In this document: positions 44,368-56,297 of the stretch, piece after piece
Position numbering within the stretch: the stretch's first letter is position 1
Layout of the letters: each line of letters opens with the position of its first letter
DNA from: Antedon mediterranea
Lineage: Eukaryota > Animalia > Echinodermata
Assembly: GCF_964355755.1 (NCBI RefSeq)
Contig: NC_092670.1
Span: 6,376,201-6,440,200, forward strand
Length of the DNA: 64,000 nt
Reading direction: 5' to 3'
Position numbers and translations under genes: made by a program
The notes under the pieces: model-generated
What the model saw: the letters and a program-made list of their open reading frames with translations, nothing else
Databases searched by the model: none
What the model was told of the DNA's origin: nothing

Positions 44368-47300
44368 TCATGAAAGTAACACTTGTCGATTCATTAGCAT
44401 AACATTAACCCTTAATCATTCTCAGTCGACGACCTTTCATACCGAGCGAATAAACACGCCCACTTTATCTACACCACGTGAAATTGTATGGCGTTATACA
44501 AGATTGGTACTGCTACTGCTGTATGCTATATTGCAAAATACTACTGAAAAATTAAGGCGTGTGGAAGTAAAAAAACTTAAGTAAAGGGTGTAAGTAACTT
44601 AGTTTGAAACAACGTTTGTGGGTGTGCTATAGCATTAAATTGTATGACTGTATATGGGCCTAAAAACTCAATTTCAATCAAGCAAACCAATGAGTCTTTT
44701 TTTTTTGTAAATTAAGAGGTGTGAATCTCTGATTCAGAGAAATTTAGGCTTGTTTGCAGAATTAGTCCTACTGTAAATTATTATTATTTGGGAATATAGT
44801 AATAATTGGAGATTGAAATATGAATAATAGTGAGAAGTAGGAGGCCTAGTCTTTATTAAGAAATTCCAATGTGTTATTTATGCATATCAAAATGTACTGT
44901 ATTTTTCATTTTTGTCAATATCAAAAGTGAAACCCCCGGTGAAACCAAACCCTAAGTTATATTTAGTAGCTTCTTATGTGTTAGTATACCCTTGTTCCTG
45001 TTCCTCTTTGCTACAGGCCTAACTATTGAAATAGGCATTTATTTGATCCCGAAAGAAGGCCGATTGAGTGATTTAGCCCCTCCGGTGGTGGGTAGGCAAC
45101 GTAGCTTTTTTTGGCAATGGCGTTTTGGGGGAGACGGTGGTATCGAGTGGGCGTATATAGGTAAGACTGGTCCTCCAAACTTACATACGCCATGCATAAG
45201 TACGGTATTATTAATTTTGTTTAAACGAAGGTGGGGTAGGGTGCTATAATTGTTTATCACCCTATTATATACACAGTATATCATTATGTTAGTGAAGCTA
45301 TTGCATTACACAGTAACCCTGCAGTGGTATTGGGATACAGTATCTACAACATTATTATCGTTGTTTTAACCTCTAAATGACCCGGTTTAAAAAGGCTGAC
45401 AATCTACTAATTACGAGTTTCTCATTACTGTAGCCCTGCAAGTTAATTCATTACTTTTTTTATTTTAAATGAATATTAAATATTAATATTAATGTTATTA
45501 AATATATATGAGAATGTTGTAATATAGGGCTTTTAAAACGAGGAAGTGATAATCGACCTTTAACGTGACCCTCGTTTTCAGACGACCAGGAAGTTGATGT
45601 TTTAATACGTAACGTATGATTTTCAGTAAAAATATTTATAAGCTTAAAAACAGATAAAAAAAACTCATATACTTTTTAATTCTATATCGCATATTTGCTT
45701 TGTGATTATCAAATTAATTTTAACAGAACATCGTAGTCCGAAGTTCAGTCAAACCGCTGTATTTTATTGCACTGATTTATGAATATGTATGAGCTGTATT
45801 GCCATGAATGAAAATGGGAGGGGCTGACCGTAGATTTAAAATTTCAACGATCCTGTTCACTCGAGCTAGTAGTAGCTACTGTATATCATCAACTCGTAGG
45901 CCTACGTTTATCTCTGCTAGCCCAAGTTTCTACATGTTGTTATCGAATATCAAACTTAATGTATGATCAAACGTAATTTAGATAATAATTTGTGTTTTCC
46001 TGGCCTAGAAATGCGTAGGAACAGGATATTCTTGCTCTTCGACATCCGTTGGTTGCTGTAACTCTGTTGGGGAAAAATCGTGTTACCGGTCTCTTTCTAT
46101 GCTTCAGTGTACTTTTAACAAAGCCATGCTCACACTGAGCCGACTACGCATCATTTGAAGTTATTTGAATTAAACCAATTCAGTTAATATTATGCCCTAC
46201 CTAATTGTTAATTTAAAAGCTTTGTTGCTTAAAAAATTCAAGTACAGTGATATTAAGAATAAGAATATACGAGGCCCTGGGATAGTGGATTAATACCTGT
46301 AAGTCTATCCGATTATTGGCCCTGCTTTATAGCTGCTCACTATGGGAATTTTTGGTCTCTTTCAATACATGCTCGAATATTGCCAGACCATGAATTTACA
46401 ATATCTACACCTAACCATTTAAAAACAAGGCCTGTGCAACAACTAATCTATAGAAATTCCCAATTCCCAATCTTTGTTGAAAAATTCTGCCATATTTGTT
46501 TCTGCTTCCGGGTCTGTATAATAATTTAACATGGTGAAAAACCATACTTTTCTAGCGTATACTAGAAAATTATTTTATAAGATGGACATACTTAAAAAGA
46601 ATTTTAATACATGTTTCAAAAGAGAAAGATACTTGAGCCATCGCTCAGTGGTGATAATCTATCACCATTGATTTGTTGACCCAATTCTACCATCAAACAA
46701 ATAAAATAAAATCTGAAAGAATGTTTTCGTCATCCCATCGTCTAAATCGTATCATCTTTATTCTCATTCATTTTGTTTGTATATATCACCTTACTTATAC
46801 GTCAATTCGTAGGCCCTATAATGTCATTTTTATACCAGAAATGCGATATTCTTGGTTTAATTTCCTTATATTTCATACCGGTGTTTTCGTCACGACCCCT
46901 AGTTCTCGGAAGTGGTCGACCAACCCACTTTTCGGGGACCTTCTACAATTCTAATCCAAGAGCAAACCGGCTTCAAAGTTGGGGAATCGTGAAGGAATTA
47001 AACACTGTATTGTTTGTAATGACAATGATTGACAAAGAAGAGCGCCTGAACAAAAATACTGAACTTTAGTTATAGCAGGGAAGAGTTAAACTCTTCCCTG
47101 GTTATAGTCAGTAAATGGACAAAACGACTTCGACTGGCGTAGAAGAAAAAGAGACAAACTAAAGGAGAAATTGTTTGAGAAGTTGTGTGTCATGGAGATT
47201 TACTTTTCTGTTCGTCGAATGTTATTTTCAACAATTTCTGAAATTCCTATTCTATGGACATCCGTACGTAATTAAGCCAAAGAAAGTTCATTTTTTATTT

Positions 47301-50300
47301 CTTCCGTAGCAAATAAAATGATATTCCTATTGTATGTAGTGCCTAAACAAAAAGTTATTTTTCCCTGTACAATTTTGAAATTCAATTAGACCAGTATTAT
47401 ACATGACATATATTGTGGATTCTGCTCTTATTCAATTATACTTTAGAAAAAATATAATGAATAAATATTTTTTCTATTAGTTGTATTGTTTATATTAACA
47501 ATGATGTACCCGCACATTGTTATTATTTGGATTTTCAGCGAAGTAAGTTCTTTAGAAATGTATATATGCCTGTATCCGATTGTATTTTCTGGTTACGTTT
47601 CCGGGAAGTAAAGTTCGGAATTTTGTTGAAACGATAATTAAATCAATGAGTTTATAATCAAAACCACTGTTTTTACACAATTCAAGGGGAAATCTGTCGT
47701 AAATCAATCCAACTTCAAGCTATGGATAAATTGTTTAGCCATGAATGGCAGTTTTGTATATAGCGAGCCAAGGACGACGAATTTACTAAACAAGTTTTGC
47801 AGTTCTAGCAACGACAGGAAGCTACAGCATTTCTCCATGGTAACAGTTACAGTACTGTACTAACAAAATTCCGATACAGATTAGTCTGAATCTATTAGTT
47901 TGATATCTAATTTAAAATAATATTTAATTGAATGTTTTGAAGAAATAATACTGTTTATAACATTCATCATTCATATCTTTTGTAAATAATAAAGCGTGTT
48001 TTTTATTGCATTAATCTCATTAAAGGTCAAAGATTAAGCCTACATTTATAGGCCTTGTGTGATGTGTTTAACAAGTTGTCAACATTTTTAAATGGCATAT
48101 TTGTATCTGTATGCGACTCGTACAAATACCTTCCTATAGGTTGTCGTTTTAACCATGGATTTTTAGACAGTTTTTCCCATGCTGAAGTTTTTTCTTTTCA
48201 GTTAAAAAAATATTGGATTATACAGTACTAAGTAGTCTCAAGTCTATTCGTTTATTTTTCAAACCCGATTGTGTTTTTTTGTAATTCTACAATGGAAAGA
48301 GTTATATTATTTTAGACTTATGGACAGCTACCACGTTTACAGTTCCGGTTCATTGAATTCCCAGCACCTGATGTCGAGTGTCACACCCTTTTTCAAATCA
48401 GCTGATCACAAAACAACAATGCCTTTTTATACATACGATTCCTCTAAATCCGACCAGAAAGAGGCCCTTAATCTGCACGTCCCCTCTTAATCTGCACGTC
48501 CCCTCTTAATCTGAATGTGGTTATTTAAATAATATGATTCTAATGAAGGACTTACTAAACACTATAGTATAGCATTTCATTATTGTTTCAGAGATGGTCC
48601 GTTAATAAAGACATTAATTTAATGAAATCACCAACAACGACACTCTGATATGGACTCTTGTGTTTCAGTTTTAGAATACGAAATGTTGGTTTGTGGAGGT
48701 TTTACATGATATATTTCGCCATTTTCAAACATTAACCAAAAGCTGTCGTACCCGGAAGAAGGAAGCAACTATTTCAAGTCCATCCCTATGAAAACAGTCC
48801 CAATAACTTCCCTCGGCAATGGTTGTGTCCTGGCGTGAATCAAATCAAATCACCATATTTGGTTATTGATAACTGAGCCCAGAGGGCTTTAGATCAATGG
48901 GTGGGGCATATAGTGCGCAAAGTTCAAATATCAGGTGGTTTTGAAGTCGAGCGGATTCATAAACAAGTCAGAACAGCAAATAACATAACATCAACGTCAA
49001 TTTTCTCGGTCAAATTGTAGCTTACTAGACACCTTGTTTTGGTTTTTTCCCCGTTTTTTTTAAACGTTTTTGTCTGTTTCAAAAGTGTTAACTTACACCT
49101 GTTTATCGTTTGGTTAGAATGACGTCAGCTGGATTATGCTTGGGTTAAAGTGGTTAGAACAAGTTATGATTTACTTTCAACCATCACCCCGCATTTTGTA
49201 ATTTTTAAAGATTTATTTTCAGTGTAGACATAATGACAAATAAATTGAATCATCATGTACGTCTAAAATCACAAACGCACAAATTATGCAATCTTCGGTA
49301 AACTTATCGTGCAAATTACTAAACTAAAGCCGCATCTCCAACCCCATTTCAAAGACCGTACTCTTTAATTAAAGCTATTTGTAGGCGCGGCCTATTGATG
49401 AAGCAAATGAAGGCTTAATCATGAGACTATACCAGGCCTATACGATATTAATCAGTCGAGACAAAACAACGTCACGTGCACGTCCAAGGATCACTATCGC
49501 AAATGTGCCTCTCTATTTCTCTCTCTCCCCTAACAATAATCTTGAAACGCCTAATTTTGTTGTAAATCATGTTTTCATCTTGTTTAATAATAAGATCTCA
49601 TTTGCATCCACCTCAATGACATAAAAATAGTAAGATTTTGCATTCTAATTTGAGTATCAAAACAAACCATTCTATTATTGTGTTCTTTATTATTATGAGG
49701 TATGCGTAATTGGCGTGTCACCATACTCAAAGTTATTACTAATTGTAGTGGGCGCACTTCATTGCATACGTCATCGGTATTTATATTGTTATCTCTTACT
49801 GATAATGATAAGGTATTCAAAAACAAATATCAATCATTCGACAAATCAATTATATCGCTCCTTAAAAGGTCAATAAATTTATCGATTAATGTCTGTTTTA
49901 AAATAGATATGAATATATTATGATAGGCCAGTATAGTAATTGTGTCAACTGTGGCTAGGGTGTCACACACTGACCTCCCATTTGAGTGTGCCCACTCGCA
50001 CACTACCCATTGTGGGGTGTATATTTATGATAACTCATCCACGTTTTGAAAAATAAAAACATTTAAATAACAATGTATTAATCCATCTTGAGATTAGAAT
50101 AATTTCCAAAAATCCAAATGCCCAACGTTCGTCGTTTCTGGAAACTTTCCGATCCTGGACTCCGGCCGCTACATTTTATTCCAATCGCATGATAAAGGTA
50201 AACATGACACGTGATTATAGCAGCTATTTATGATTGCGAATCGTAAAATATATCAAAGTAGGCCTATATCACGAAAGTGAAATGTTGTCGATGACTTTCC

Positions 50301-50387
50301 ACTCGCATAATTTAATTTCTCTTTTTCTCTCTTCAAATATTAATAATAACCATAGTAGACCTATTCCCAAGTAAGTAGTCCTATACC

Positions 50388-50535
50388 CATGGCGGATTCA
50401 AGGATTTTGAAATAGGGGGCCGAGGGCCTAAAATTTATGAATGTTAGGTGCCGAACTGAAATTAGTGTCCTATCTTTTGAATTACACACAATGTAGGTGG
50501 GTCGGACCAAACCCCCTCCACTTGAATCCGCCTAG
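50388..50535. mobile_element. Short TIR MITE (GGCGGATTC family)
   Basis: GGCGGATTCAAG...CTTGAATCCGCC. Related ends occur at about 40643 and about 41115-41130. Confidence 0.55.
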
Positions 50536-51099
50536 TATTACCAAGAGTTGTAGGCTACTTGTATTGCTCGTTAGCAATAGGGATATGGGTTTGGCTAACC
50601 AACATAGTACAGTACTTCGAGTAGGCCTAAACCTAAAAAGCGCGTTATTTATCTCAGGATCTCATAAATAAAATAATCTTGTATGAAAGGATTAACCAGA
50701 ATCAAAGCACACCTTATGCATATTCATAGATCATTTACTAGATTGCCTTATATGGAAGGAAAAATACAGTACACACCGTAATCAATGGTAAACAAACAAA
50801 TGTTTATAGATCCTTACGATCTTTGGTTCTTCTAGATAGGTAAACAATGACTGTACTGACGTTTATAGAAGCTGAGAACTGTATCTGTTCCCCAGCCCAG
50901 CTTAAGTAGGCCTACCCTCCCGATCACCGACAGCCCAATGGAGAACGGTACGGTATTCAAAGATAAAGTGGCATTTTCATGCCCGGGATTCTCTCGGCTC
51001 CCCCCAGGAATCGAATATGTAATATCATATTATTCAATTCAGACAATTGTCATGGTATAATACATTACACAAAAAGAAGATGAAGGAGAGAGGACGAAA

Positions 51100-51680
51100 A
51101 CTTTTGTCTATTGGTATAATGCCTCTCTCCATTTGTAGTACATGTTTCAAGAATCCATCCATCAACAAATATTTATATATACAAATTAAAATTGTGTTTT
51201 CGCTTTTCATTATTCTTGTAAGAAATCGGTAAGTCGAAATCCTCAAATATTCATAAAATGAAGGAACATTTTTTTCCACAAAAAAATTCAAATCAAATCT
51301 GGGTTGTTGTCCCAACAACCTCCGGAAAGCATCATTATAACAAACTTTAAGTCGGTTGATATCTTCTTTTTAAATGGTTAGACCATAAAGGAGAACAGTA
51401 CATACAATATGATCTGACCAAAAAACATTTGATTGATTTGGAGCAGTATGAAAATTTCCTACATAAAACATTACCTCTAATGCATAGAGATCTATATTGG
51501 CGTTTTATATCTGCCTCATCTCTTAGATTCGAAGTTAAAATATGGCATAAGTACGTAAAATGATCAACATACTCCAGCGCCTTATCACCCAATACTGTTT
51601 TAGGAGCCCCATTCTACGAATAGTGGGACAAAACAGCATGTAGTTAGACTTTTTATTATTATAAATAATATCATGCTTTA
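51100..51680 (-). mobile_element. Decayed RTE-X-like LINE ORF2 fragment
   Basis: LEYVDHFTYLCHIL..DEADIKRQYR.L.IRGNVL.RKFSYCS..IK.FL.RSYC..LW matches the RT thumb and post-RT region of RTE-X-type LINEs, with frameshifts. Confidence 0.7.
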
Positions 51681-51767
51681 AATATGTAATGTTAAATACT
51701 TTTGTGGTACCTGCTCAGTTTTACTCACTATTTAGAATTTGTAGGGCAAATGTTCTGACGTTAAATT

Positions 51768-51900
51768 TGGTTCCACATAGGACCCAACGCAAGAATAAGC
51801 CGCAACGCAAGATTATTCCAAATGTCACTTTGATTGGTCAAATAGCTAGCGTTGTGGCTGCTTACGGCCGTTCTTATCTTGCGTCCTAGTGGGAAACCAA
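51768..51900. mobile_element. Harbinger-like MITE family B relative
   Basis: TTGGTTCCACATAGGAC..CAACGCAAG...TTGCGTCCTAGTGGGAAACCAA. Confidence 0.55.
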
Positions 51901-52760
51901 CGCAACAAGAAGACGTATCACCAAGAGGACGTAGGCTACATTTGGTGTAGGAATGAATGGAAATTCGGCCTGTAAATGAAAACCTTAGGCCTATAAACTA
52001 AACGTTGTGTGCATTATAAGATCGACATAATTCGTAAAATTGAATCCAAATAACGAGAGGCAGGCCGGCCATGATTGATCTATTATTCTATTTGATCATC
52101 AGGGAACCAAGATCAGATGATGTACAAGCGCCTACATTATAATTTAGGCTTATTCGATTACATACAAAAAAAATGCAAACATTATTAATATTAATGTATT
52201 CTTAAAATTCTCAATATTCATTATGCCCAATTGCGCATGTACTTAAGAAAGTATTACCATATTTGGCTCGAAGATCCTTAGGCTTGAATCAACATAACAG
52301 GTCGTTGTCTGTCTGATGACGTCAGCAAAGCTCAAATTCCGTCGTAAAATTACTTTACAGTATAATGATAGGTATGTGGCCAATAAACGATGTTTCTGGT
52401 CAAGAAATTATTATTATACATAATTTAGCGATTTATGTGTTTCTAATGTTTTTTTATTTTGGTGCCACCAACTAAATCGCGCCAAACGTGCATGTGAGCG
52501 CGTGAATTCACGCCAATAATTATTTGTATTAGTAAAATAAAATAAATTCCCTGTTTGAAATACATTTAACGAAGAATTAATAGCTGTACAGTATTGTACA
52601 ATGGTCAAATCCATTTACATTTCAATTGTCTATGTAGGTTATTATAAAACAAATCTGCAAAAATTAAATAGGCCCAATGAAAATTTAAAGTACTTATCTT
52701 ATTAAATACATAGTGGTTTCTAGGATCGGATCCTTAGCCTCGTTTTTGTAATGAGACGTA

Positions 52761-52952
52761 TATGGCGCGCCAAGCTGTCATTTATTCAAGCAATATAGAT
52801 ATCTTATGTTTTTAATAGAGATATCTTATTTGTTAATAGAGAAATCTTAGCTTTTAATAAAGATTATCTCTGTTAATATCAATCTATTGATATATACGGT
52901 TTAAAACTAATCATAACTTTATTTCCGAATAAAGAAGGCTTGGCGCGCCATA
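52761..52952. mobile_element. IS3EU-like non-autonomous DNA transposon
   Basis: TATGGCGCGCCAAGC / GCTTGGCGCGCCATA TIRs (TAYGG termini), a 6-bp TSD GACGTA/GGCGTA with one mismatch, and internal AATAGAGATATCTT repeats. Confidence 0.7.
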
Positions 52953-54566
52953 GGCGTAGATTGAAAACATGGGGACTGATGGCCGGATGTGTTTGAAATA
53001 AAAATGGTAACAAATGGTAAAAATAATACAAATTCTGATAGAATTACGCCAGACAGACCTACGTAACATTATCCGTTCGTAGGCCTATACACAGTAAAGT
53101 AATGCTGGATCGCCATTTTGACATCATTAATACTGAATAGTTTTCAATATGACTCATCACACGTCGATCACATTTAATGTGGAAGATTGTACAGTACTTG
53201 TAGTCGGGAAATACCTCTTCTATCAGATTTCTGTCTTGTCAAATGACGTCATAATTACGTTTCTCAGTCAAAAGGAGGTGGGTGAACAAACTAGATTATT
53301 TTCAAGTATTATAGAGGGCGCAATGTAGGTTTTTTAAAATAACATTTTAACACTACTATAAATGATGATAAAACCGGTTCATAAATATTTTACTTTTGTA
53401 TGCAGTTTTTGTTATCAGCACTAAAAAAAGATCATCTACTTTATGAAAAGAAGAAGGAGAAGAAATGGTGAAACGTAATAAATTCTCAAGATGAACCACT
53501 ATGGAAGTGAGTAGAAGAAGCGCGCCCTCATGCTTGTAAACAAGTTCGAAACTTTTCGCTACTCACAATGCCATAATGACAATAACATTATGAGTTACGT
53601 AGGCCATAAATTAGTGATGTTTCTAAAATTCAATTGCCCGGTATAATTCTGATATACTTATCAATGTACGGTATTAGCCAGAGCCTCGTTTGCCTTTATC
53701 ATGTTAGATAAAGTTTCCCAGGGTGCACTGCGAGGAAGTGAGGTTGGCAAGTCAAGATGACTTTTTTACACCCCAATTTTTTTTTTTTATATTTTGGTTT
53801 TCGTAATTATTTTAAATATTTTTTTATACCATGGTAAAATTAAGTATTATTTTAAGATAATTTATATATCTATTGTTATATGTTTTCATGAAAAAATGTT
53901 GTATTATGTAATTATTATGTAATTATTATGTAATTATTATGTTATTATTGTTTTATTTTGCTGTATAATTTCAATCACTTAATTTTTCTATTTCACGAAT
54001 GAAAACTATTTGAAATGTTATTTTGCGATAATTATTGATTTTAAAATATGTTGTTTAAATTAAATTATTGTAATTAGTTGTATTATTAATTCAATTCCAT
54101 AACTTTATTTTTAATTTTACGATTGGATATAAATTGAATTATAAATTAACTATGAGGTTAGTATTTTTACGATTTAACTTTTAAATATTTGTAGTTGTTT
54201 TATGTTGGTATTATATTTCTTATTGTTTATACGTTACAATTATTTTCTTAATTTTTATTTAAAATGTTTAAAATTGTAGATTATCGTTTTACAATAAAAA
54301 TAATGTATAGATTAATTTGTTTATATTGTTGATATTATTAAAACAAATTATGTTATTTGTTTTATTACATCATTTCCATCACCTACAATACCTTTCGTTT
54401 TAATAATTATAATTTAATAAATGATAAATAAATTGGAGAAATCTGTTGTAGAACTTAATTATTATACTGTGTTATGTATTAAATTACTTTTCACTATTGT
54501 ATTTATCTATATTTTATACCATTATTATTCATTATCGTGTGCTATTAATAAACTATTCATTGTAGT

Positions 54567-55590
54567 GCAATATTAGGCCTATATTATCACATAAGTTATT
54601 CGTTACACGTTACGTTACATGTATTAGTATTTATTACCGTGTATTTATTGCAATATTAGGCCTATATTATCACATAAGTTTATTCGTTACACGTTACGTT
54701 ACATGTATTAGTATTTATTACCGTGTATTTATTGCAATATTAGGCCTATATTATCACATAAGTTTATTCGTTACACGTTACGTTACATGTATTAGTATTT
54801 ATTACCGTGTATTTATTGCAATATTAGGCCTATATTATCACATAAGTTATTCGTTACACGTTACGTTACATGTATTAGTATTTATTACCGTGTATTTATT
54901 GCAATATTAGGCCTATATTATCACATAAGTTATTCGTTACACGTTACGTTACATGTATTAGTATTTATTACCGTGTATTTATTGCAATATTAGGCCTATA
55001 TTATCACATAAGTTATTCGTTACACGTTACGTTACATGTATTAGTATTTATTACCGTGTATTTATTGCAATATTAGGCCTATATTATCACATAAGTTTAT
55101 TCGTTACACGTTACGTTACATGTATTAGTATTTATTACCGTGTATTTATTGCAATATTAGGCCTATATTATCACATAAGTTATTCGTTACACGTTACGTT
55201 ACATGTATTAGTATTTATTACCGTGTATTTATTGCAATATTAGGCCTATATTATCACATAAGTTATTCGTTACACGTTACGTTACATGTATTAGTATTTA
55301 TTACCGTGTATTTATTGCAATATTATGCCTATATTATCACATAAGTTATTCGTTACACGTTACGTTACATGTATTAGTATTTATTACCGTGTATTTATTG
55401 CAATATTAGGCCTATATTATCACATAAGTTATTCGTTACACGTTACGTTACATGTATTAGTATTTATTACCGTGTATTTATTGCAATATTAGGCCTATAT
55501 TATCACATAAGTTATTCGTTACACGTTACGTTACATGTATTAGTATTTATTACCGTGTATTTATTGCAATATTATATTCACACAAGTTTA
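54567..55590. repeat. Tandem array of 12 near-identical 83/84-bp units plus a degenerate partial unit
   Basis: Unit GCAATATTAGGCCTATATTATCACATAAGTTATTCGTTACACGTTACGTTACATGTATTAGTATTTATTACCGTGTATTTATT. Units start at 54567, 54650, 54734, 54818, 54901, 54984, 55067, 55151, 55234, 55317, 55400 and 55483. Confidence 0.95.
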
Positions 55591-56297
55591 TTATTACATT
55601 ATTACTTTAGAGTACCGCACCATAATAAATATTTATAATTATTTAAAAAAATGTATTTGTTGTATCGTTGTATTTTATTACAGTTCTAAATCTATTATTT
55701 TCCATTTATATCAACTATATTTTGTACATATTGTTCATTTTACTACTATAACAATTATAATAAACTATTATATTTATTACTAGACCTTATTACATTGTCA
55801 TTATATTTATTAAATTATTTATTATATAGCAAAATTGTATTTATTTTATTCATTAAACTAAACTATGATTTATATTACGTTACTACCATTATGTATAACT
55901 ATATTACCCTCATTTCACAATTATATTTATTATAGTTATATATGATTATTATTTATTACACTACTACTGTATAACTTCCGTATTATTATTATTTGTACAC
56001 TATATTGTGCCTAATGCCTACTAATTTATTACATTATTTTGTTGTATTCCACTATATTTAATATAATAATTATATTTATTATACTTTAGGCCTATTATGC
56101 TATTATCACACTACTCATTATGATATATTAACTATTCTATTTTATACACAGACATATTATTATCATTAAAATATATTACATTATTTCTTATATTACACTA
56201 TATTACATTATTAGACAAATTCAACTAACCTATTCTACTGTTTTCTGAAGACAAATCTGAAAGAAAAGACTGAAAGTTGTGTTAGTAAACAAGTAAT

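Noticed and set aside
45040-45180. GC-rich island upstream of actin as an ncRNA or coding exon
   Set aside because: No recognisable RNA family or protein similarity, and the overlapping short ORFs look random.
48467-48513. 19-bp tandem duplication (CTTAATCTGCACGTCCCCT x2.5)
   Set aside because: An ordinary local slippage duplication.
54567-55590. 83-bp array as a CRISPR array
   Set aside because: The units are contiguous and identical with no unique spacers, there are no cas genes, and the context is eukaryotic.
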